From Candidatus Hydrogenedentota bacterium (GTDB taxonomy: Bacteria; Hydrogenedentota; Hydrogenedentia; Hydrogenedentales; SLHB01), in the NCBI GenBank assembly GCA_963745075.1, contig CAVUWV010000036.1, positions 128,001 through 192,000 of the forward strand: a stretch of DNA of 64,000 nt. The letters run 5' to 3'. Position 1 is the stretch's first letter, and every line of letters begins with the position of its first letter. Both the position numbers and the translations under genes were made by a program. The notes below the pieces were generated by a model. That model saw only the letters and a list, made by a program, of their open reading frames with translations, was not told the origin of the DNA and did no database searches. Of this stretch, positions 41,347 to 50,649 are shown piece after piece.

Positions 41347-42639
41347 ATGGGCACCACATCCAACCATCCAACGGGGGACAATCTGACACGCCGGCAATTC
41401 ATGGGCCGGTCGGCAACGGCAGGGGTCGCGGCGACGGTTGCCGCGTCGGCATTGCACGTCGCGGCGCAGGAGCCGAAGAAGGATTTGCTGCGGGTCGGGC
41501 AGATCGGCTGCGGAGGCCGCGGCGGCGCGCACTTGAAAACCCTCGGCTACCTGAAAGAAAACGGCGGCAACGTGGACGTCGTGGCGGTGTGTGACGTGTA
41601 CCGTCCGCGCATGGAACGGGCCGCGCAGGCCTGGGGCGCGAAGAGCTACATGGACCACCGCGATCTCCTCGCCGACCCCGACGTGGACGTCGTGTTCATC
41701 GCCACGCCCGACCACCTTCACGGGTACCAGGCCATCGACGCCATTCGCGCGGGCAAGGACGTGTATTGCGAAAAGCCCGTCACCCATTGGCGGCAATTCG
41801 AATTGGTCCGGCAATTGGCGGCGGAGGTGGAGGCGTCCGACCAGGTCTTCCAACTGGGCACGCAGGGTATGTCGGACTCGGCCTGGCATCAGATGAAGAA
41901 ACTGGTGCAGGAAGGCATTATCGGCCAGCCCATCGTCGCGGAATGCGGGTACTTCCGCGTCGGCGACTGGGGCGAACGCGGTATGCCCATCGACGATCCC
42001 AATGCGAAGCCCGGTCCCGATCTGGATTGGGAGGCCTTCCTGGGCGATTCGCCGGAACGGCCCTTCGACGTAAGCCGCTTCTTCCGCTGGCGCATGTACG
42101 AGGATTACGCGGGTGGACCGTCCACCGATCTGTTCCCGCACTCGCTGACGCCGGTCGTCTACATGCTCGGTCTCGGTCAACCCAACATGGCGGTCTCCAC
42201 CGGCGGCATGTTCCGCTACACGGAACGCGAAGTGCCGGACACCTACAACATGCTCATCGACTATCCGGATAAGTGCACCATCGCCGTGCTTGGCACCCAA
42301 GGCAACGATTACCAGGGCACCGGCGGACGCGGCGCGGGCGGTCGCATCCCCATCCTGCGCGGATGGGATGGCACACTGACGGTGCAGGGCGAACAAATCA
42401 TCTTCGTTCCCGCGGCGGAGTCGAAGGGCGAGCCTAAGAACTTCCCCATCGAAAACAAGGAAGACATGGTGCGGTACTTCGGCCACTTCCTGGATTGCTG
42501 CCGCACGCGCACGAAAGATACGTGGAGCACGGCGCAACTCGCGTTAAACGTGCAGACCGCGCTGCAGATGGGCACGCTCGCCCTCCGCGAAGGCAACGTC
42601 GCCCGCTTCGACGCCCTGCAACAGAAAATCGTCGTATAA
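41347..42639 (+). CDS. Tat-exported Gfo/Idh/MocA oxidoreductase
   Basis: TRRQFM, IGCGGRG, IATPDHLH, KDVYCEKP, WRMYEDYAGG. Confidence 0.93.
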   Translation: MGTTSNHPTGDNLTRRQFMGRSATAGVAATVAASALHVAAQEPKKDLLRVGQIGCGGRGGAHLKTLGYLKENGGNVDVVAVCDVYRPRMERAAQAWGAKSYMDHRDLLADPDVDVVFIATPDHLHGYQAIDAIRAGKDVYCEKPVTHWRQFELVRQLAAEVEASDQVFQLGTQGMSDSAWHQMKKLVQEGIIGQPIVAECGYFRVGDWGERGMPIDDPNAKPGPDLDWEAFLGDSPERPFDVSRFFRWRMYEDYAGGPSTDLFPHSLTPVVYMLGLGQPNMAVSTGGMFRYTEREVPDTYNMLIDYPDKCTIAVLGTQGNDYQGTGGRGAGGRIPILRGWDGTLTVQGEQIIFVPAAESKGEPKNFPIENKEDMVRYFGHFLDCCRTRTKDTWSTAQLALNVQTALQMGTLALREGNVARFDALQQKIVV

Positions 42640-42675
42640 GCGACAAACAGCCAACGGGCTTGGAGATTGAAAACG

Positions 42676-42706
42676 CCGGGTTGCTTCGCGATGCGGAGCA
42701 ACCCGG
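42676..42706 (+). terminator. Stem-loop after Gfo gene
   Basis: CCGGGTTGCTTCGC-GAT-GCGGAGCAACCCGG then TATTGT; weak U-tract. Confidence 0.55.
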
Positions 42707-42732
42707 TATTGTCTGGTATAAGGTTGGAGAGA

Positions 42733-45387
42733 ATGATGAACGCGACAATGCTGACGAGCATGCTCGCTCTGGCGAGCTGCATCACAGCCTTCGCTCAAGG
42801 GGGCCAGGTGCTGAACGTAGACGAATTGAATCAACTTCGCAACGACAATCCCGCAGCGGCGGCGCAACCCACACCTATGACCATGGCGCCCGCGCAATGG
42901 ATCTGGCTGCCCGGCGAACGCACGCTGTCCAACACGTTTGCGCTCTTCCGCAAGGAAATGGACCTGAAGGAAGCGCCGGTGCGTGCAACCGGATGGCTCA
43001 CCGCGGACAGCCGCTACCTCCTGACGGTCAACGGACAGCACGTGCAGTGGGGGCCCGCGCCCTGCGACCCCCGGCAACTCGACGTGGACCCCTGCGACCT
43101 GACCGCGTTGTTACATGCCGGAAAGAACGTCATCGGCGCCGAAGTGCTGTTTTACGGATTCGGCGACGGGACGTGGCCCGCCGGGCAAGCCCGGCTTCAT
43201 CTTCCACGCCGTGCTCGAATATCGCCGACGGGCATACCGAACGGATCGTGTCGGACCCCTCGTGGCAGGTCCTGCTCGATCGGGCACACCGTCCGGGCGC
43301 AGTACAAACGGTGGTATCTGCGATCGTTGCAGGAAGAGTACGACGCGCGGCTGCGCCCGGTGGGCTGGGACACAATTGAATTCACGCCCGATGCCGCCTG
43401 GATGCCTGCCGCAGCCATCGAATGTCCGCCCGACAAGCCCGCCGCATGCGGGTTTCACGAGAGCAACGACACCATCGACCGGGCCAATCCCGAGAAGAGC
43501 GCCTTGCGTGCGCGCCAGATTCCCGCCGTGCGTGAAGTGCCCGTGCCCGCCAAACGGCTGGCCCAGACCGGCCGCGTCACGTGGCTGCGCGACCCCAATG
43601 ACTGGTTTGACATGCAGATTCCGCATTCGTTCACCATCGAACGCGCGGACATCGCGACGCCCCAAGGCGACGGTTGGGAATTGCCCGCCACGGCGAAACC
43701 GAATGAGGGGGTGTTCGCCACCTTCGAGTTCACCGAGCAAGTCGTAGGCTGGCCGTACTTCACCATCGACGCGCCCGAAGGAACCATCGTCGAATTGATG
43801 ATCCAGGAAGGACACGACGTGGACAACGGGCCGCTGTGGCTCGACACGCACATGCACTCCTGGACGCGTTTCATCTGTCGCGAAGGGGTAAACACCTTCC
43901 AGACCTTCGACTACGAATGCGCGCGTTGGGTGCAATTGCACGTTCGCAACGCGAGCCGTCCCGTGGTGATCCGCAACGTGGGCATCCAACGGCGCCTGTG
44001 TTCCTGGCCGGAAATGCCGCACATCGTGTGCGACGATCCGTCCCTGCAGCGGCTGTTCGACGCCACCGTCAACACGTTTTACAACAGCGCCATCGAAACC
44101 TTTGTGGACGGCATGGGCCGCGAACGGCAGCAGTACAGCGGCGATTGCGGCGTCCAGCCCTTGGTCGCGTACTACGCGTTCGGCGATACCCGCCTCGCCC
44201 GGCGTTATCTGCGCACCTTCAGCGAAGGCCAGTCGCCGGACGGATACTTCATGGATTGCTGGCCCGCCTTCGACCGGCTCGCGCGTGTGATCGCAAAAGC
44301 AGATCGACGGCGCCTACTGGGGGCCCCTGCTCGATCACGGCGTCGGGTTCAACTTCGACTGCTGGTGGCACTACCAGTGCACCGGCGACCTCGACGCGCT
44401 CACGGAACCCTATCCCCGCTTGCTGCGCTTCGCCGCGTACCTGGAAACCTTGCTCGACGCGAACGGACTGCTGCCCGTCGAAGGGCTCACGATTCCAACC
44501 GTCTGGATCGACCACAACGCCTACAAGAAGACCCGCCACAAACAGTGCGCGTTCAATCTCTACGCGTCCGCCATGTTCAAGAATGCGCTCGCGCCCATCT
44601 GCCGCGCCATGAACGATGCGGACAAGGCGGACCATTTCGAAGAACTCAGCGACAGCCTGCTTCAGGCCACGGTCGCGCGCTACTGGAACGCGGAACGCGG
44701 CCGCTTCGAAGCGAACCTCCCGTGGCAGGACGAAGAAGGCGAAGTGCGGCTGTGCGACCGGTCGCTGGCCACCTCGATCCTCTTCGACCAATGTCCGGAC
44801 AACAACACCGCCGCGGCGCTTAAAGCCGTTGGTGGACTGCCCGCCCGAAATGGGCCTCTCCTATCCCGCCAACGCGTATTGGCGCTACTGGGCGCTCGCC
44901 AAACTCGGCCGCACGGACGTCATCGTGAAGGACTGGCGCGAGCGCTGGGCCACCATGCCCTCCGTCGCGCTGAACAACAGCCTGGGGGAAAACTGGACGC
45001 GCCAAGCCGGACAGCTCCAACCTCTGGAGCCATTGCCCCATCTCGCCGATCTTCATCCTGTTCATGGACATCGCCGGGATACGCCCGCGTCGCCCGGTTT
45101 CGACACCTGCGTCGATACGCCCGCAGCTCACGGGATTCGGCAAACTGGAACTCACCGCCTACACGCCCCACGGGCCGATTCCCTTCACCGCCGTCCCCGA
45201 GAACGGCGGCCACCGGGTCACCGTCACCCTGCCCGAGGGCTGCGAAGGCGAATTGCTATTGTCCCCATCGGCGAAGCCGGATTTGAAAGCGCTCACGCCG
45301 GATCATCCCCTGGGATTGAAGCGATACCGGCTCGTGTCCGGTACCACGAGTGCGTTCTTCGTGCCGGAAGACGCGCCCGCACGATAA
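42733..45387 (+). CDS. GH78-like alpha-L-rhamnosidase (several indels between 43190 and 45110)
   Basis: TADSRYLLTVNG, GPAP, VDGMGRERQQYSGD, SHCPISP, TPHGPI; continuity across ORFs 42667, 44420, 44616, 45064. Confidence 0.8.
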
Positions 45388-45402
45388 GCCGGCACAGGCT
45401 TA

Positions 45403-45449
45403 TTGACTCACACATAAGATTGTGTGATAATATGTGTGGAGACGCACAT
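45403..45449 (+). promoter_or_regulatory. vapBC promoter with overlapping palindromic operator
   Basis: TTGACT-17-GATAAT; TCACACA-N6-TGTGTGA (45408-45427) and ATGTGTG-GAGA-CGCACAT (45432-45449). Confidence 0.7.
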
Positions 45450-45450
45450 C

Positions 45451-45651
45451 ATGGCAACCAACCTGGATCTCGATGACAAACTCATCCGTGAAGCTGTACG
45501 GCTTGGCGGTCACCGAACGAAGCGTGCCGCGGTAACGCAGGCGCTGGTCGAGTACGTGCAACATCTCGAGCAATTGCGCGTCACGGAATTGTTTGGAACG
45601 GTGGATATCGATCCCGCGTACGACTACAAAGCCCAGCGTCGCAAGCGATGA
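45451..45651 (+). CDS. vapB: VapB-type antitoxin
   Basis: MATNLDLDDKLIREAVRLGGHRTKRAAVTQALVEY...YDYKAQR; ATGA overlap with toxin. Confidence 0.9.
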   Translation: MATNLDLDDKLIREAVRLGGHRTKRAAVTQALVEYVQHLEQLRVTELFGTVDIDPAYDYKAQRRKR

Positions 45652-46043
45652 ACGTTCTCGTGGACACCAGCGTATGGTCGTTGGCGTTGCGGCGTCGCGC
45701 CGGCACTCCGCCACGTGAAGTCCGCGTGTTGGAGAAGCTCATCCAGGAACGGCGGGTCATCATGATTGGCCCGGTCCGGCAGGAGTTGCTGTCCGGCGTC
45801 CGCGAGGAGAAGCAGTTTCGCCAACTCGCACAACGGCTCGACGCCTTCCCGGACCTGGAGTTGAAGACGGACGACTACGTTGAAGCGGCGCGCTTCTTCA
45901 ACCTGTGCCGCGCGAAGGGGGTGCAGGGGTCGAACACCGATTTCCTCATCTGCGCGGTGGCGGTCCGCCACGATCTTGCCGTCCACACGACGGACAACGA
46001 TTTCAAGCGGTACGCGAAGCACGTGCCGTTCAGCTTGTATTGA
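45648..46043 (+). CDS. vapC: VapC PIN-domain ribonuclease toxin
   Basis: VLVDTSVW, QELLSG, TDFLICA, TTDNDF acidic quartet. Confidence 0.92.
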   Translation: MNVLVDTSVWSLALRRRAGTPPREVRVLEKLIQERRVIMIGPVRQELLSGVREEKQFRQLAQRLDAFPDLELKTDDYVEAARFFNLCRAKGVQGSNTDFLICAVAVRHDLAVHTTDNDFKRYAKHVPFSLY

Positions 46044-46063
46044 TTCCGGAGCCCCCCGGCCCC

Positions 46064-47462
46064 TCAATCCTCCGGGCGTTCGCCGGCGGGGGCCATCTTG
46101 ACGAGGCGGGGGTGGAACCGCGCGAGCACGTCGACGAGATCGCTTTGCGCGGACATGACCTCGTTGATGTTCTTGTAGACCATGGGCACTTCGTCGAGCC
46201 CGGCGGACATCAGCGTCACGCGCGACTTCTTCAACCACGCTTTCGCCTCCTCCCAGGACAACGTCTTCTTCGCCTGTTTGCGGCTCATGACGCGGCCCGC
46301 GCCGTGGGCGGCGGACTTGAGCGACTCCTCGTTGCCGCGGCCGCGCACGACGAACCCCGGCGTCGCCATGGAGCCCGGAATGATGCCGATGACCCCGTCG
46401 CCCGCGGGCGTCGCGCCTTTGCGATGGACGACCACTTCTTCGCCGTCGTGCTCTTCTTTCCACGCGAAGTTGTGATGGTTCTCGATGTCGAGCAACACCG
46501 CCACGCCGAGATGCCGCGCGATGTGCGCGATGAATGCACGCGTGGTTCGCGGCCGCGTACTTGCCCATCAACTCCATCGCGGCCCAATACTCCTGCCCTT
46601 CGTGCGTGTCGAGATCGAGCCAGCCGAGGTGCTGCATGGGACGCGGCAATTCCTTGTGCCGTCGCATGGCCAGCTTGCTGTAGTGATCGCAGACCGACGC
46701 GCCCGTGCCGCGGCTGCCGCTGTGGCTGAGCAACGCGAGATAGCGCCCCGGCTCCAGCGCCAGCCCCGGCTCGACAATCTCCAACTCGCCGAACTCGACG
46801 AAATGGTTGCCGCTCCCGCTCGTTCCAAGCTGGCTCCAGGCCTTGTCTTTGTTGTGGCGCGTAATGGGCGGAGACGTTCCAGTCCTCGTCCAACACGTCG
46901 TGGCCGGCGCTTGTTCGTGAACTTCGCGCCGATGCCGAACCGCGTCTCTTCCTGGATCGCCTTCTTGAGCCGATCCGGATCGGCGTCCAGCGTCTTCAAG
47001 GGCAGATCGAGCACGGTCATCTTCATGCGGCAGGCGATGTCGACGCCGACCGCGTACGGAATCACCGCATTCTCCGTGGCGAGCACGCCGCCGATGGGCA
47101 GCCCATAGCCCACGTGCGCGTCGGGCATGAGCGCGCCCCGCACCGACACCGGCAAGCGCACACGCATTCTTCATTTGATCGATGGAATTGCGGTCGAGGT
47201 TCGCGCCCCACTGCTTCCACGGCGCCGGCCCCCCCACCCGTTCGGTGGGCGGCGCCGGCGGACGCGACGCGAGGCTTCGCGCCAGCGCGCCGAAGGTTTC
47301 GTCGTCGCGATAGTTCTCGGGCGCGCTGACGACCGACGCCATCGCCTCGCGAATCGCGCTCTTCTTCATCCCCGCATCGGCCGCGTCGCGCATGGCTAGT
47401 TGCGCCAGCTTCATCGCCTCCCCGCGCGGGATGCCGAGCTGGATCAAATAACGTGTCTTCAT
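46064..47462 (-). CDS. rtcB: RtcB RNA ligase with N-terminal helical extension (indels between 46530 and 47160)
   Basis: MPDAHVGYGLPIGGV, AVGVDIACRM, QLGTSGSGNHFVE, SHSGSRG, ENHHNFAW, VHRKGATPA, HGAGR, DEVPMVYK. Confidence 0.92.
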
Positions 47463-47537
47463 GGGAATCATCTCTCGCGGTTTCCGTTCGATGCGTATCC
47501 GAAAACGGACACCGACTCTTAGCCGGACATGCATACT

Positions 47538-47583
47538 GTAAAACAAACGACGCCGCGAAACCTCATTCGGCCCGCGGCGTCGT
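47538..47583 (-). terminator. Intrinsic terminator after ilvD
   Basis: ACGACGCCGCG / CGCGGCGTCGT stem (47547-47583) followed on the minus strand by TTGTTTT. Confidence 0.7.
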
Positions 47584-47603
47584 GGTGATGACTCGTGGAG
47601 ATA

Positions 47604-49355
47604 CTACGGCAGCTTCAGATTCGCGTCCGTGACCGCGCCCTCGGAAGCCGAGTTGACGAGCATCGCATACTTCGCAAGCACTCCCTTGGTGTAGCGCGGT
47701 TTCGGCGCCTTCCACTTCGCGAGGCGCTTCTTGATCTCCGCTGCCGGGATACCGAGATTGATTTGCCGTTTCTGCGCGTCGATGGTGATAGAGTCGCCGT
47801 CTTTCACGATGGCCAGCGGGCCGCCGACCTGCGCTTCGGGGGTGATGTGGCCGACCACGAACCCGTGGCTGCCGCCGGAGAAGCGGCCGTCGGTGATGAG
47901 CGCCACGTCTTTGCCGAGGCCTTTGCCCATGACCGCCGACGTGGGCGCGAGCATCTCGCGCATGCCGGGGCCGCCCTTGGGGCCTTCGTAGCGGATGACG
48001 ATCACGTCGCCCTTCTTGACCGTGCCGTCGAGGATGCGTTTCAGGGCGTCTTCTTCGGAGTCGAACACGCGGGCCTTGCCCGTGAACTTCAACGCCTTCC
48101 TTGCCGGTGATCTTCGCCACGGCGCCCGTCGGCGCGAGGTTGCCGTAGAGGATGACGCAGGTGCCCGTCTTTCTTGATGGGATCGTCGACATGGGCCGGA
48201 CGACGTCCTGGCCTTTCGGGTATGGCTTCGACGTTCTTCAGATTCTCTGTGAGCGTCTTGCCGGTGACGGTCATGCAGTCGCCATGGAGCAGGCCCGCGT
48301 CCAGCAGCATCTTCATGAGCGGCGTCGATGCCGCCGATGGCGACGAGGTCGGCCATGACGTAGCGCGCCGCTCGGCTTGAGGTCGGCGAGGACGGGGGCC
48401 TTCTTGCCGATGCGCGTGAAGTCGTCGATGGTGAGCTTCACGCCCGCCGTGTGGGCCATGGCGAGCAGGTGGAGCACCGCGTTGGTCGAGCCGCCGAGCG
48501 CCATGACCACGGTGATGGCGTTCTCGAAGGCCTTCTTGCGTCATGATGTCGCGGGGCCGGATGCCCTTCTTGATGAGGTTCAGCACCGCCGCGCCCGGCT
48601 TCGCGGCAATCGCGCGCCTTGTCCTTCGAGATGGCGGCCTGGGCCGAGCTGTTGGGCAGGCTCATGCCGAGCGCTTCGATGGCGGAGGCCATGGTGTTGG
48701 CGGTGTACATGCCGCCGCAGGAGCCCGCGCCGGGGATGGCGCAGGCTTCGATTTGCTTCAGTTCCTTGTCGCCGATATCGCCGCGCGCGTGGGCGCCCAC
48801 CGCCTCGAAGACGGACACGATGTCGACGTCTTTGCCCTTGTGCTTGCCCGGGCAGGATGGTGCCGCCGTAGACGAAGACCGACGGCCGGTTCAGCCGCGC
48901 CATGGCCATGATGCAGCCCGGCATGTTCTTGTCGCAGCCGCCGATGGCGACGAAGCCGTCCATGCCTTCGCAGCCCGACGACCGTCTCGATGGAATCGGC
49001 GATGACCTCGCGCGAGACGAGCGAGTACTTCATGCCTTCGGTGCCCATGGAGATGCCGTCGGAGATCGGTGATGGTGCTGAACTCGATGGCCTTGCCGCC
49101 TGCCGTGTTGACGCCTTCCGCGGCCTCGTCGGCAAGCACGTCGATGTGCATGTTGCACGGCGTCACCATGCTCCAGGTCGACGCGATGCCGATCTGCGGC
49201 TTCTTGAAATCCTTGTTCTCGAACCCCACCGCGTGAAGCATGGCCCGGGACGGCGCCCGTTCGACCGTCTCCGTGACGTGGGACGAATACACCCGATGCA
49301 ACGATTTTCCATTCTTAGCCGCGGCCTTGCGGCTCTTTGCTGTCTTGGTTTTCAT
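47604..49355 (-). CDS. ilvD: Dihydroxy-acid dehydratase (many indels between 48090 and 49070)
   Basis: [91 protein letters not shown]. Confidence 0.93.
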
Positions 49356-49410
49356 AGCCATGCTCCGCTTGATAAACGTGAAAACACCCAAAAAGAATAG
49401 TCAGACCCGC

Positions 49411-49439
49411 ATTATAGGACTCTCCCATGGAAAGGTAAA
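49411..49439 (-). promoter_or_regulatory. Sigma70-type promoter of ilvD
   Basis: TTTACC-17-TATAAT on the minus strand. Confidence 0.65.
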
Positions 49440-49653
49440 GTATGCGCATGACGCGATGACCCCGACATTCGCAGATTCCTCGTGCTCGTACTCGACACAA
49501 CCAGCGACCCGCTGGAGCGAAAAGGGAGGTGCTCCGTCGGACAATCCCATTTTCCCCATCCTTGTATCCTCCAAATACGAAAAGCCAGCGGCGGCTACGA
49601 GAAAACGTAAAGCGCCCTACGTCTGTCCCGTGCGCGCGGGAGAGAAATCCAGC

Positions 49654-50472
49654 CTACCCGGCCATAGCCTGCATGAGCATATGCGTAAAAATCCCCGAAC
49701 CCAACAGGTTTTGCCTGCCGTCCGCGACGATCAACGCGCCAGTGACATACGATGCCAGGGGCGACGCCAGAAAAACGGCCAATTGCCCGATGTCGTCGAC
49801 TGTGCCAAAGCGTTTTAGCGGCACGACATCGCGGAACTTCTCGCGCATCCCGTCCGGCAATAGCCGTTGAAAACCTTCCGTGCCTTCAATAGGTCCGGGA
49901 GCGATGCTGTTGCAGCGGATGCTGTATGGGCCCCATTCGAGCGCCAGGTTGCGCATGAAATTGTCGATACCGGCCTTGGCCGCGCCCACGTGACATTGCG
50001 CAAAGTACGGCAGAAAGGCCTGGCCCGCCGAAATGAAAATGACGCTGCCTTTCGTCTTCTTCAGTTGGTCCACGGCGAACCGGCAGGAATTGAACGACCC
50101 CAGGAGATCGATGTCTATCACCGCTTTGAACCCGTTCGCGCTCATCCCTTCCACCGGACACGGAAAGTTCCCCGCCGCGCCGCAGACCAGCACGTCCATG
50201 GGGCCGAGTTCGGCTTCCGATTGCTGAAACGCCGCCTGCAACGCTTCCGGATTCCGCACGTCGGCCGCGACCGCGCACACCTTGGCGCCCAGACCGCGCA
50301 ACTCCTCCGCCGCGCCGTCGAGCCGTTCCTGCGTCCGCCCGCAGATCCCGAGGTTCGCCCCCACGGCCGCGAAGTTCTTCGCGATGCCGAGATTGATGCC
50401 GCTGCCGCCGCCCGTGAGGAAAACGGTCTTGCCCGTGAAAAGGTCTTTGGAAAAGACATCCGTGATTGTCAT
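49654..50472 (-). CDS. SDR oxidoreductase, 2,4-dienoyl-CoA reductase-like
   Basis: TGGGSGIN, GAAGNF, IDLLGSFN, HVGAAKAG, NSIAPGPIEGTEG; AGGAG RBS. Confidence 0.88.
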   Translation of the reverse strand: MTITDVFSKDLFTGKTVFLTGGGSGINLGIAKNFAAVGANLGICGRTQERLDGAAEELRGLGAKVCAVAADVRNPEALQAAFQQSEAELGPMDVLVCGAAGNFPCPVEGMSANGFKAVIDIDLLGSFNSCRFAVDQLKKTKGSVIFISAGQAFLPYFAQCHVGAAKAGIDNFMRNLALEWGPYSIRCNSIAPGPIEGTEGFQRLLPDGMREKFRDVVPLKRFGTVDDIGQLAVFLASPLASYVTGALIVADGRQNLLGSGIFTHMLMQAMAG

Positions 50473-50649
50473 GTTCGCTCCTTGGTAAGGGGTCGTCACC
50501 ATATACGTGAATTGCCAGACACTATAAACCGTGATGGGCCGCTGTGGGAAGGCACGCGTCGCCAGGGTGGCACCGGCGGCAAGTGAACGCCTATGATGGC
50601 AGAAGGTAACTGGATTTCGTTCAGCCAATGCAAGTACGGGGGACCGAAA

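Noticed and set aside
45624..47546. 640-aa ORF spanning rtcB and antisense to vapC
   Set aside because: Mosaic of RtcB fragments and off-frame sequence produced by indels
46500..49100. Programmed frameshifting or pseudogenisation of rtcB and ilvD
   Set aside because: Too many irregular indels, no consistent slippery sites, motifs intact; sequencing error is simpler
47604..49355. Sugar-acid dehydratase belonging to the rhamnose genes
   Set aside because: Motifs match canonical IlvD, and it has its own promoter and terminator on the opposite strand
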